Source: Podarcis muralis (Eukaryota). From it: a stretch of DNA of 64,000 bases. Under the pieces are notes generated by a model. The model made no database searches. It saw only the letters and a program-made list of their open reading frames with translations, and was not told the DNA's origin. The number at the start of each line of letters is the position of its first letter. The stretch's first letter is position 1. Where the stretch lies: assembly GCF_964188315.1 (NCBI RefSeq), contig NC_135669.1:16554001-16618000 (forward strand). The letters are read 5' to 3'. Position numbers and translations under genes: made by a program. This document shows, in pieces, positions 1-11,200 of this stretch.

Positions 1-1839
1 TCTGCCCTGCACATGTTCATACTTTCTGGAGTGGGGCAGGGGCTAGTGTGAAAGACTGGAAATCTTAGGCAGCCTATGGAGTGGGGGAAGAGAATGCTTT
101 GGCTCTTGCCACCTGGAACAGGTACACCTTCATCCCTAGAATTGCCAAGATGTGTGCCGGGGCACCTTGAGGAGGGGGCTGGCCAGACAAGTTTCACCAA
201 GGCTGCTCCAGTTTGGTCAGCCTCTCCGCCCCCCCCCCCCGGGGAAGCTGCACTGGGGAAGCAGAGGCATTCACTCACACCAAGCAGTCTTGAGAGGCAA
301 TCAGCTTCCTCTTGCTACCCATTCTTTGACTGTGCTGGTTTGGACACCAAATAGAGCAGACCTGTTATTTTCATTTCTTTTAGCTGGACCAACAGTGCAG
401 GGGTGTGGAAACTTGTGTTTTGCCTTTAAGGCTTGGTATTGAGGGGTGGGACAAGGGGCTTTGATGCTCTGGGTTCTTGTCCTTTTTTGTAGGACAAGGG
501 TTAGTGAGGAGAAGCAGAGATGGAAGAGCAGCAGAGCTGAATGGTTAGATCAGGGTGGGGCTAGAAGGGGTGGCAATTCTGCCCACAGCTCTGCTCACCT
601 GTTGGGAGGGACCTACTTCCAAGGCAGTCGTCTTCAGTTGAGGTTGGCCAAACTCTCTGCATCCACCTTCACCTGTCATTCTGTCTCCATATCAGCTGGG
701 ATATCAGCTGCTTCCACCCTCTGGGAGCTCCCTTAATTTCCTGGAGCACCAAAGCCATCTAATCACCCCTGAGTTTCCTCTTGGAGGAAGAGGCTGGAGG
801 GGTTGTTGCTTGCGCACACTTGGATAGAGTGCTGAGAACTGAAACTCAGTGATGAAGCTCCTCCCAGACATCAGGAAGGAAAGGCAAATCATTGACTGTT
901 TCAATAGATGGGATGCTGGCTTGGAAAGGCAGCCCCTGCCACAGGCTCACTTGGGAAGTCTGTGACAAGCCACACCCTCCCCATGCTTCTCAAAGCTGTA
1001 GGATGTCAATGGGCATCAAGGACTCTATGTGTAAGAGAGAAAGAGGTGGACTCAAACACAGCACAAGATCATGAAGCACTTTGCAAATCACATGTGCAAC
1101 AAATCATTATTAACAAGGAGAGGCTGCAGTGCTTTTCAAGGGAGAAAACCTATCCCAAAAGTGCATCTCCATGAGGGGGGAGGAGTTAGGAAGGAAAGTG
1201 AGGGCTGTATTCTTTTACAGGTTTGGCAATGCAGCAAGCCCCATGACGAGTAGGTGACCTGCTTCTGCACCACCTGCTTTCAGAATTGGGGAGCTGCACC
1301 CCACCAATTGCCATATCAATGCCCATAGTAGCTTGATCACCTCCCCTCTCCACACCCTTAACCAGTTAACTTATGATTGCTGTTAACTGCAATGCACCTG
1401 TTGTGATATGTTTGTGGTTCTCCCAACCGCTACTTAGCAAAAGTGTGTCTCCTCCTCTAGGATTCCAGTCCTTGCAGAACTTAACAGGACCTACTGAGAG
1501 ACAGCACTCCAGTAAAGCACCCACAAGCTCATATATATTCCCAGAGAATATATTACCCGGATCCCTAGTCGTGCACAGTCCCTCCCTTCTGACTTGGCGT
1601 CATGAGGCTCTGGATTTGGGGTGCTTGGTCTCCATGGAAAAACCTGGAGACTCCAGGCATGAGAGCCCTGATTTTGTGACGCCAGGCGATGGAGTCGAGT
1701 CAAGGTGCTTATCGTCAAGTGTAAATGGGAGTTGCAGCCTGCTGTTTTTGCAAATGGGGGTTTCCTACCACGGCAGTGGGGGAAAGGCAGGTGCCCCGAG
1801 GCCTCTGGGCAGCCACTGCTAGCGGCTTGGAGGCTCAGC

Positions 1840-2750
1840 CAGACCTGCGACTGCTGGGTTAGGAGCGCAGAGGCCATGAAGCACATGGGACGGACTTGGG
1901 GGTCTTACTGCGAGCCTCGGTTGCAGAGCCCGCAGTCACGTGTCGGGGTAGATCAGCGGCTCCGCCCTCCCTCCTTCCCGGCCCGGGTTCTAAAGGTGCG
2001 AAGCGCGCCCCTTCTGGCCCCGCCCCGAAAAGGTTTCTGCCCCGCGGAGTTTGCAGTGTGGTTCTTATGGCGTTGCGCTTGCAAAGGCCGGCTTTTTGGG
2101 CCAGCCTCCATCTGCGCAGTGGCCTTTGGGACTGGAACATGAGGCAGGAGATGGGCTTGAGCACTATCTGCGACGAGCTGCCCCAAGGTGAGGGCGGCCT
2201 GAAGTTCTTCCTGGCCACTGTGCCCCTTTCCCCTCCCTGGGGGCGAAGGCATTCTGGGGGTAGAAGGAGGCTTGCTGGGGGCGGAGAGGAAGGGGGCAAG
2301 AAGCCTCTTTGGGCATGTGCAGAGCGCCTCCCCCCAACCCCGTGGGAAAGGAATAGGTGCCAACCCGGAGGCGCCTCGCTGCCCAAGGAGAAAGTGCGCC
2401 GCGGGTCAGGCTTGCGCCCACCTGCCACACCGGCGGGAGTTTCCTGGGGTTTGTCCTCGGCCCCCCTGAAAGTGTTTGGGGGGCCTCCGCAGCAGGGCTC
2501 CGGGGATGTAGGGCAGGAGTGAGTGTGCCCTCCTGCCCCCTAGCTCCCGCGGACAACACGAGCGCTCGTGGCCTGATGTGGCCCTCGGAACAGCTGACGA
2601 CGCGCAGCCTGACACGGGTCCTGCACCCTCCCGCCCCGGGTAAGCAAGAGGCCGCCGAGCTTCTGTCGAGGAGGGGCGGAATCGACCTTCCACCGGGAAT
2701 TGCCTTCTCCAGCAACTAGCGGATTGGGATGCCCACCAGCTGTGAGTGGC
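1840..2750. promoter_or_regulatory. CpG-rich island over the FOXR1 promoter and first exons
   Basis: High GC/CpG content, GC boxes and an E-box (GTCACGTG near 1934) upstream of the ATG at 2067. Confidence 0.55.
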
Positions 2751-5700
2751 AGGGAGAGGCTTAAAGGGCAAGGGACATCGGAGCAGCTCCTTAGTGGAGC
2801 ACTTGATTTGCGCGCAGAAAACCCCAGGCCCTGTCCCCTTTGGCCTCTCCAAGACAAGGCTGGGAAAGGAGACTCTTGCCTTAAATCCTGGGGAGTTATT
2901 GCTGCCGGTCAGTGTTATAGGCAATGCTGAGCTAGATGGATCAGTGTTCTGACGGACTATGCCACCTTCGCCCCATCAAGCAGTTGGTCCCTTACCTTTC
3001 CAGCCCCGACCTGGCCACAGTGATCCATGTGACGGTCACCTCCAGACTTGACTACTGTAATTCGCTCTACGCGGGGCTGCCCTTGAAGCTGTCCCAGAAA
3101 CTCCAGTGGGTGCAGAATGCTGCAGCGAGACTCCTCACGGGGTCTCTGCCATGGGAGCATATTCACCCAGTGCTTTTCAAGCTGCACTGGCTCCCGATGG
3201 AGTACAGGGTCAGATTTAAGGTGCTGGTTTTGACCTTTAAAGCCCTTCATGGCCTAAGACCCTCGTACCTACGGGACCGCCCCAGTATGCCCCACGGAGA
3301 GCCTCAAGGTCCATAAATAGCAACACCCTAGTGGTCCCGGGCCCTAAGGAAGTTAGATTAGCTTCAGCCAGAGCCAGGGCCTTTTCAACACTGGCTCCGC
3401 CTGGTGGAACGCTCTGCCTCATGAGACCAGGGCCCTGCAGGATCTGATTTCTTTCCGCAGGGCCTGTAAGACAGAGTTGTTCTGCCTGGCCTTTGGCTTG
3501 GAGCCAATTTGATTCCCTCCCCCTCTTTCTTTTTCCTTTTTCCTTTCTCCTCCTGTGATGAGGCTGCATTTTAATATTTTAATGTATTTTAATCTTGTTT
3601 TTAAGTTGTATTCATTCAACTTGTTTTTATTATTGCTTGTTAGCCGCCCTGAGCCTGGCCTTGGCTGGGGAGGGCGGGGTATAAATAAAAAGTATTGTTA
3701 TTATTATTATTAGGCTACTTCTGATGTTCCTAGGCTTGTTGTGGAGTGTGGGCTTGCAGGCAGCAGCAGGAACCCAGCTGAAGCCCTTTGTTTTCTCTCC
3801 CTGCAGAGTCTGACCCACAGCCCCACCCATGGATGTGGGTGAACCCAAACCTGGCCTGCAGCATCCCTGGGCATGCCTCAGTGGTGGCGCCACTGCCTTC
3901 ATCTTGTCCTGCCGCTAGAGAGGCCTGTGGAGACCAGGCCAGCAATTCAATGGCAAGAAGTTTACGTATCTTCTGGACAGTTTTGACATGAGCTATTGCA
4001 TGGCTCTAATCTGGACTGGCCCTCCTGATTTCAATGGGAGCCAGAAGCCTATGTGTCAGTTCTGTTTTCAATTATTTAATTAAAATGTTTGAATCCCACC
4101 TTTCAGTTTGGTATCAAAACATTGCTAGGAAACAATGCAAAATATTAAAAGTTTCCTAGGAAGGTGGAAATGGGTGGTCAGGGCCAGTCCTCCGTTCTGC
4201 AGGGTTTCCCAAACTTGGGTCGCCAATTGCTTTTGGACTACAACTCCCATCATTCCTAGCTAGCAGTACCAGTGGTCAGGGATGATGGGAACTGTAGTCC
4301 AAAAACAGCTGTTTGGAGAGCCAGGCTACCCATATGGGGCTGGTGACTGTCATGTGTGGGGCAAGCCACCTGTCTGGTGCTGCCATTTTAACTCTGGCCA
4401 TGGCTCAATCTGCTGGCCTGCAAATAAAGGAGAAATATTACCAGGTGTCCCTGTTTCCTTCCTGCAATCTTGCGGTTCCAGGTCCCCAAGGAAGAGGATA
4501 CCTCCCAGCTTTCTCAGAAGACGAGGGGCACCCGTCGGTCTACCTGGGCACCCTGGAAAGCAAAGGTCCTCCGATCCCATGCTAAGAAGCTGAAGAGGAC
4601 GCTGGGAGACTGGCCCCGCCCACCTCTTAATTACTGCATCCTCATCAGCCTTGCCCTGAGCAGCAGTGTGAGCAGCAGTCTGACAGTGCAGGAGATCTAC
4701 CAGTTCATAAGGTACCGGCCCCTGAGCAGTGGGGTGGGCAGGTGGGGGCCAGGCGAGGCAGATGATGGGTGAAGATGAAGCTCAGTGACTAAAATGGGGA
4801 CTTCTGACTTTGTCTTCCTCTCCTGGCTTGGCTTGGCTTTGATGCTGCTCTCAAGTTGGTGTTGAAAGCTGCATGTTCTGGCTGGAGTCTCCTATGATTG
4901 TGGGCAGCATAACTGGGTGCTAGAAAGCAGTCTGTAATTTCCTCTTTCCCCCGGGGCCCTCCCTACACAGTCCATGGGGTACAAGCATCCCTGGGGACGG
5001 AAAAGAACGTTACGCTGCAATGCTATTGGTGGTTCATCTGCTGCCTCCGTGGGGCTGCCTGCCCTGCTCTAGCCACTCTGCTGTGACCTCCCTCCCTGCC
5101 AGGAAGCACTTCCCCTTCTTCCGCACAGCTCCAGAAGGCTGGAAGAACACCATCCGGCACAACCTGTGCTTCAGCAGCAGCTTTGAGAAGACGGCCGCCT
5201 TCGTGTGCCTTGATGGGAACCGCAAGTCCCGCATGTGGAAGTTGACCACAGAGGGATGGCGCAAGTTTCGGGCGGAAACGCAAGAGCTGCCAGAGGACTT
5301 GGTGAGGCTGATGCGTCAGAGCATGGACAAGCCAGGTAGGAGGAAGATAGTGTGCAACTGGGGAGGAGGGTGAGCATGGCCAGGAGGGAAGGAGATGGGA
5401 CCCTGGACAGTTTGAAATATAGGAGCGATCTAGCAAGCAGTTCCACTTTTGGCAAACCTACCTTTTCTGTTGGGACGCGGGTGGTGCTGTGGGTTAAACC
5501 ACAGAGCCTAGGACTTGCTGATCAGAAGGTTGGCGGTTCTAATCCCCGTGACGGGGTGAGCTCCTGTTGCTCGGTCCCTGCTCCTGCCAACCTAGCAGTT
5601 CGAAAGCACGTCAGAGTGCAAGTAGATAAACAGGTACCGCTCCAGCGGGAAGGTAAATGGCGTTTCCATGTGTTGCTCTGGTTTGCCAGAAGCGGCTTAG

Positions 5701-6050
5701 TCATGCTGGCCACATGACCTTAGTCATGACCTGGCCACATGAAGCTGTACGCCAGCTCCCTCGGCCAATAAAGTGAGATGAGCGCCGCAACCCCAGAGTC
5801 AGTCACGACTGGACCTAATAGTCAGGGGTCCCTTTACCTTTTCTGTTGGCTTCCTGAGCATGGAAGATACCTTGATAAACCAATGGGGCCACCAGCCCTG
5901 ACAGCTTGTATTTGCTTCCCTCTTTCCCCAGAACTGATGAGGTCTCTCTTTGGCCTCGGATCCTCACTAAACCTGGACGGCATGGAGGAAACCCCACTGC
6001 AGCAGAGTGCGCATTCTCCAGTACTTTTAAAAGACTCTGCTACTTGTTGA
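2067..6050 (+). CDS. FOXR1: Forkhead box protein R1 (FoxN5-like), multi-exon
   Basis: Proposed exons: 2067-2187 (MALRLQRPAFWASLHLRSGLWDWNM..., donor GTGAGG), 2544-2639, 3807-~3950 (PHPWMWVNPNL motif; donor unresolved), 4482-4711 (WPRPPLNYCILISLAL...VQEIYQFI), 5103-5335 (KHFPFFRTAPEGWKNTIRHNLCFSSSFEK), 5932-6050 (ELMRSLFGL..., TGA). Forkhead domain is FOXR-type, and the position upstream of CCDC84 fits known synteny. Confidence 0.85.
2950..3712 (+). mobile_element. 5'-truncated L2-clade LINE (ORF2 C-terminus, 3' UTR, (ATT)n tail)
   Basis: Translation [35 protein letters not shown]...LHWLP...[12 protein letters not shown] is typical of the L2 RT C-terminus; ends ...GGGCGGGGTATAAATAAA...ATTATT. 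Close sister copy at 10490-11183. Confidence 0.85.
4200..4335. mobile_element. Short hairpin-forming MITE (GGGATGATGGGA/TCCCATCA family)
   Basis: Starts CAGGGTTTCCCAAACTTGGG; internal inverted repeat TTTTGGACTACAACTCCCATCA / TGATGGGAACTGTAGTCCAAAA. Related copies near 10380-10490, 18180-18255, 23540-23625, 27060-27170 and 58363-58498. Confidence 0.6.
5472..5834 (+). mobile_element. Full-length Sauria SINE with 13-bp target-site duplication
   Basis: tRNA-like head GGGACGCGGGTGGTGCTGTGG..., box-B-like GGTTCTAATCCC, tail ...GGGGTCCCTTTACCTTT. TSD TACCTTTTCTGTT at 5459-5471 and 5835-5847. Lies in the last FOXR1 intron. Confidence 0.85.
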
Positions 6051-7599
6051 AAGGAACAGCTGTTCTAAGAGAGCCCGGCTTGTGGCTTCCTTCCTTCTGA
6101 AGATACTATTTGGGGTGGAAGAAACCCCAAATCAGCAGATGGAGAGGCAGCTTCCTATGAGAGTAGACCCCCTCAAAAAAACCCAAAACCAAAAAACACC
6201 TGTACAGTGTTTTTTGATTGCAGCAGGGGAGGTGTCGTGTTTTGTGATGGGAGTAGACTGTTGAAAGGCACTGTGGAAGAGAATGCATAAACCTGAGTGC
6301 TTGAACTTTATTTATTTATTTATTTATTTAGTCATTCATTCGTTATTGAAAATGTGGAGAAAAAGTATGGTAATAAACAGTTAAAAGTGTACACAAAATG
6401 GTCATTGTGTGCGTTCTCTTTGCCTCTGTGCATAGGAGCCAACTTCTAGGGGCCGAGATCCCTTTGGCGCCCCCCACCTAAAATATCTGCGCTCCCCCCC
6501 CCCCAGTTGATGGGCATTGCCATTCAAATGGAGCGTGGGTACTGTATCATGTAATCGATTATGCGGGGTGGGACTTACCTGCCCTGCAATATTTTTTTCA
6601 AGTTGGCACCCCTGTCTTTATGGAAAACGCTTGAAGTGGAAAATAGTTTCTGCTTGCCCTCCCACCTCAACGAGTCACCTGCCTTGGGGTGGGGGAGAAG
6701 CCCGATGGATGAGCAGCAGAAAAACTCCCTCTTCTTTGACTGTTTAGAATTGCAGGTAGCTCACTGCGGTGACAGAAAAATAGTGGTGAGAGGAATTCAA
6801 TGCCTGGCTTCAGGCAGGGGCATCTGCACTGATTTATCCAGGGCGCAGGGCGACCAAGTATGCAAAACAAAACCCATAAACAGATCTGACTAGCTGCAGT
6901 GAATAAGCATGTCAGAAATGTGGGCCTGAGTGGTGGCCAAGCCTAGAACAACCCGGCCTCTGAGAAGCTTGTATTCAGGTTCTCTGTTTGCTTCTCAATG
7001 GGTAAAGCTGTGTATTTCTACCTGTTACTGAAAGGCTCCTTTGTTTCCCTGGCACCCTTCACCCTGTTTTATTGCATGGTTGCTACATACATCTTCTATC
7101 ATCCTAATATGTCAGGCCAAGCCCACTAGGCCACTTCATGGACCCCATGCAGTACTCCAACTTCCTCTACTCTTCAGAAAAATGTGTAAAGTGATATGTT
7201 ATTCTGCACACCTGATATATCTCTGGCACAGCTACAGCTCCTGCAAGACTGCTCTAATTATTGTGAACTATCTGCAAGTACTGCAAAGAAATTTTTAAAA
7301 TAAAAATAAAAGTTGGCACAATCACTATTCCACCAGATTAAACCGGAATAAATGACTTCAAAACAGATTTAAGAAATAAAACTCCTGTTCTCAGGACAAG
7401 CCAGGGCTATTGCCTTCATTCAGGCCAAGAAGGGGGCTTGCTAAGCAACGAGATGGCAGGGGGATGTGCATCTCGCAGCTGTGACGGAATCATTGAATTG
7501 TATAGAGTTGGAAGGGACCCAGGCGCCATCTAGTCCAACCCGCTGCAATGCAGGAACCCTGCTCGTGACTTTGCCTCCTTCAGCTCGCGCGGGGTTCAC

Positions 7600-8250
7600 G
7601 GCGAAGAGCAGAAACGAGAGGGCATCTGAACACGTGCTGGATGCTGCTCTCGCCTAAGCAAGGAGCAGCGCGCACCTTCCCGGGGCTCCTGGATTCCGCA
7701 ACGTGCTGCGCGACGACTTTTCCTCGCCGGCTGGGGATGAGCGCGCGGCAGCAGATTGCCGCGCGTGGGCGGGAATGACGTAATCCTGCAGTTCTGGGGC
7801 CGGCCGCCAGATGTCGCCCTCGGCGCGAGACCCGCCTCCTTGGCCGGCCGCTTCCGGGATTTGCAAAATGGAGGACGGGGGCGGCGGCGGGGTTGATGGC
7901 GATCGGGGCGAGGGGCCTGGCGCCGTTCCCATGGCGACGACGCTGTTCCGCTGCCCGCTCTGCCGGTGCAGCGCTTTCGCCGGTCGGCGCAGCCACCTCT
8001 ACAGCGCGGGGCACCAGAGGCGGCTTCGCGGGGCGCTCGCCCGCCTGAAGGAGAAAGTACGGCCCCGGAGCCCCAGGGGTGGGCGCGGAGGGTCGGGTGA
8101 AGTGTCCGAAGGCAGCCGGGCCGAGTTTCGTGCAAGGCTGCACCCTTCGCATTTCGGCCTGCCCGGCTGCGGGTGGCCTGTCCAAGGAGGAGCAAGGAGT
8201 GGGCGGGTGGGGGGCTGGTTCTGCAGCCGGTCCGAAAGGGCGCCAGCTGC
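7600..8250. promoter_or_regulatory. CpG island / CENATAC promoter
   Basis: CpG-dense; CRE-like TGACGTAA near 7776; spans exon 1. Confidence 0.6.
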
Positions 8251-11200
8251 TCTCCAGAGAGATTTCACAGGGTCATAGAGCTGGAAGGGAACACCAGGGT
8301 CATCTAGTCCAACCCCAAGGGGGGGCACAAAAATGATTGAAAGTACTCAATTAATTGAGGTTCTGCCCCCCCCCCCAGCAGATGCCTCAACTTTGGCTTG
8401 ATCTCCTAACAAAAGTTAAACAATTTTGCCCCCCCCCCTTAACAAAAATCCTGGCTACGCCCATGTCCAACCCCCTGCAATGCAGTACAGTGGTACCTCA
8501 GGTTAAGTACTTAATTCGTTCCGGAGATCCGTACTTAACCTGAAACTGTTCTTAACCTGAAGCACCACTTTAGCTAATGCGGCCTCCTGCTGCCACTGCG
8601 CCGCGTTCTCATCCTGAAGGAAAGTTCTTAACCTGAAGCACTATTTCTGAGTTAGCGGAGTCTGTAACCTGAAGCGTATGTAACCTGAAGCGTATGTAAC
8701 CCGAGGTACCACTGTAATGTTTTTGCCCAACATGGGGCTTGAACCCCTGATCCTGAGATTCAGAGGCTTACGCTCTTCCAATTCTTCACGCAAGTATTTT
8801 TTTCTTCTTCTTCTCACTTTTGCTTCTCTTTTACGTTTTGCTCAGGTGGCCGCAGCGCGGAAGATGCTCAAGAGGGCCTCGGTGGTGCCTTTTGACCCTG
8901 GGGAGCACGAACGGCAATTCTGGTGCATTTGCTGCAGGCAGGAGGTGAAGTTGCACCTGAGCCAGGGGTCCTTGGCTGTGCTGCATGGCGGCCTCCTCCA
9001 GCACATGGCCAGGTAAGCTTGGAGAAGAGCCTCCACTCATGCAGGCCACCTCTTGCCTGGAGCGTGAGGTGGGGGTGTCTGGAACATGAATAGCTTTGTT
9101 TGTTTGGCTTCCTTATTTACGTTTTGCTTTTATTTGCTTTACCTACTAATCGTAATAAAGTTATTTTTGAAGGAGAAAGGTGCACAAGCAATTTTCATAG
9201 CCAATCAATTATATACTGGATTGTATCAATAACCCAGTTTGCAGTCTGAAACATGGGAATCATAGTAAGTTGGTGGCAGTTTACAGCAGTCAAAGCAAAA
9301 CTGGCTGTTTTCAGAGTCACCTTGTTTATACTATTTGCAAGTACATTCCAGTTTTCTTCCAATTAAGGAAGCAGTGGAGCATATTTTTCATAGTTGTCAT
9401 ACACATACCCCAAACAACTCCTCTGCTCACCTCTTCCTTGCTAATTAGGCTCCTGGGAGTGAGTCAAAAACTGACATAGTTCTAAATGTGGATATCTTTG
9501 AGTGGAATCAAATTTGATTTTTCCATGCTTGTAATGAGGCCCTTTTTGTGAGTGTCCATGCCTGTCCTTGGCTTCTGATACAGACATTTTTCACAGCATG
9601 CATAATTGCTTAAGTTGTTTTCCTCTGAGATTATCCTTCAGGGGTTACATAGTTTATATTGGAGGTGGGGAGTCTGTGGCCCTCCATATATATATAATAA
9701 TAATAATAATATAATTTTAATGTAAACACAGAACAATCAATGCAAACAAAACAAATGACATTGGTCAACAGGTACAAAATAGTTTCATTACTACAGATAC
9801 AAGCCCAAAATGACATCATCCTTTCAAGTCTGGTAACCTAACTAATAAACATTATGAGTTACAGTGGGTCGAGACTCCTATGGGTGAGAGTTAATAAATG
9901 AAATAAATATAAGCCAATCAGTATCAAAGGTATCCTTTTGAGTTTCTCCATACATCACTCTGTTATGATGTGTGAGATTATCTGTCAAGGCTAAAAACCA
10001 TATTGCATTTATTGCACTCACCAGCATTCTTCCAATTTAATAATATTTCCATTTGTGCTGCCACTAAAATATGGTTTAACAAATTCTTATATGGGATATT
10101 TTATCACAGCCTCTAAATAAGGACAGCAAAACAACCCTAGCTCCATGTCAACATTTTTATGAAAGAGGTCAGTAAACACATTGGCCCCAAAGAGCTGCAT
10201 GTATCTTTGGACATTCCCGCCATAAGTGAATCAGCATGCCTGCGTTCTGGCAGCCCCACCAACATGGAGGTGACAAAGCAGCATTAATAGAGTGTAGTTA
10301 AACAGAGGTCCAGTGCCATCTATGTAAGTTTCATCATAGACGCCTACATTTTAGGAGAGATTATCTTAAATAGGAGGTGTATGCCATAAAGCCACTCATT
10401 CTCCTGGCCCTCCAGGTATTGTTGAATTCCTATCCACCCCAGCCGGCACAGACAATGGTCAGGGATGATGGAAGTTAGAATCCAGCAACACTGTGATCCA
10501 CGCGACAGTCACCTCCAGACTGGATTATTGTAACTCGCTCTACGTGGGGCTGCCCTTGAGACTGACCCAGAAACTCCAGCGGGTGCAGAATGCCGCGGCG
10601 AGACTCCTTATGGGGTCTTCGCTGCGAGATCATATCCATCCGGTACTATACCAGCTGCACTGGCTCCTGGTGGAGTACAGGATCAGGTTTAAGGTGCTGG
10701 TTTTAACCTTTAAAGCCCTATACGGCCTAGGACCCTTGTACCTACGGGACCGCCTCTCCTGGTATGTCCCACAGAGAAATTTACGGTCTGCAAATAAAAA
10801 CATCCTAAAGATCCCAGGCCACAGAGAGGTTAGGCTGGCTTCAAGTAGAGCCAGGGCTTTCTCGGCTGCGGCTCCAATCTGGTGGAACGCTCTGTCACAA
10901 GAGACTAGGGCCCTGCAGGACCTGACATCCTTCCACAGGGCCTGCAAGACAGAGCTGTTCCACCAGGCCTTTGGTCAGGGCGCAGCCTGACCCCCTCCTC
11001 TGGCAATCTGCACAGAATTTTGCTTGATGGTTGCCATTAATTTGATTTTAATTTGATTTAGTTAATTTTATAATGAATGTTTTTAGAATGTTGGACTATT
11101 TTGATTGTTGTTAGCCGCCCTGAGCCCAGCTTCGGCTGGGGAGGGCGGGATATAAATAAAAATTTATTATTATTATTATTATTATCTGGAGAGCCACAGG

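Noticed and set aside
1-1830. Several 60-150-aa ORFs upstream of FOXR1 (possible UPK2 or unknown gene)
   Set aside because: No recognisable protein motif, no consistent exon chain and no resemblance to UPK2; treated as intergenic.
1859-2924. Long overlapping ORFs (up to 208 aa) on both strands
   Set aside because: By-products of a GC-rich island with few stop codons; only the FOXR1 exon segments are supported.
9921-9938. GTATCAAAG-GTATCCTTT, resembling a U12 donor or tandem U11-binding enhancer (USSE) in CENATAC intron 2, which would suggest autoregulation
   Set aside because: It lies within a decayed antisense L1 fragment, the first half-site is poor, and there is no matching U12 branch point or cassette exon. 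Probably chance; conservation in other species would revive it.
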